From contig NC_043005.1 in the NCBI RefSeq assembly GCF_006345805.1, forward strand, positions 15,562,001 through 15,626,000: a stretch of DNA of 64,000 nucleotides, written 5' to 3'. Both the position numbers and the translations under genes were made by a program. The stretch's first letter is position 1; every line of letters starts with the position of its first letter. Positions 63,555 to 64,000 of the stretch are shown in pieces. The notes beneath the pieces are model-generated. The model searched no databases. It was not told where the DNA came from and was given only the letters and a program-made list of their open reading frames with translations. This stretch comes from Octopus sinensis. Lineage: Eukaryota.

Positions 63555-64000
63555 TATAGTTTCCATCCGGATATTGTACGATGGGTTGGTGCCTTCCTCT
63601 GAGATCGCTCCTTCCAAGTCCAAGTAAATGGTTCGCGGTCCGACGTATCCAGTGTGAGCAGTGGCGTGCCTCAAGGTTCAGTGCTTGGGCCCTTATTGTT
63701 CTTAGTCTTCATAAATGACTTGCCCGACGACCTCACGCAACACACCCTTCTATTTGCCGACGATGTCAAACTGGTCACTCCTCGCGGTGATATAGAGGAT
63801 CTTCGTCGATGTCTCCACCAAATTTGGAGGTGGTCTAACGAATGGGACCTGTGTCTGAACGTGTCAAAGTGCTGTCATCTGCCTGTTGGCTCTCCTCCTG
63901 CAACTCAACTTGATTTCGAGCCGGGTCGTCTGCTGCTGGAGAGGACCGATCAGGTAAAGGACCTGGGTATCTTGGTGGATTCCTCCTTTTCGCCTTCGGC
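63555..64000 (+). mobile_element. CR1-group LINE RT, 5'-truncated, runs off the window
   Basis: Open frame from 63603 to the end: SGVPQGSVLGPLLFLVFINDL, LFADDVKL, LNVSKC, VKDLGILVD. Confidence 0.9.

Overview
Eukaryotic, AT-rich, repeat-dominated genomic DNA. The SINE, RTE, Penelope and microsatellite landscape looks to me like an octopus (coleoid cephalopod) genome; this is inference, no search was run. Hidden among the repeats is a multi-exon gene on the minus strand (about 62676 to 20501). I assembled it by hand from 10-11 GT-AG exons whose phases all join in frame. It encodes a signal peptide plus four tandem ~90-110 aa beta-rich repeats resembling divergent PLAT/LH2 domains. Each repeat is built from a phase 1-0 exon plus a phase 0-1 exon. 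The 3' end is ambiguous: either a stop-containing exon (secreted, 455 aa) or a hydrophobic transmembrane-like exon. Intron 1 holds a ~4.2 kb head-to-head Helitron palindrome (56654-60838). The rest is decayed transposable elements: many RTE LINE 3' ends with hairpin-unit tandem arrays and a PHD finger inside the RT, CR1/L2-like RT fragments, Penelope-like fragments with hammerhead relics, mariner elements, piggyBac-type MITEs, a Gypsy gag-pro remnant, three tRNA-derived SINE families and many microsatellites. There are no CRISPR arrays, rRNA or true tRNA genes. Coordinates of decayed TE fragments are approximate; exon, TIR and Helitron ends were counted base by base.
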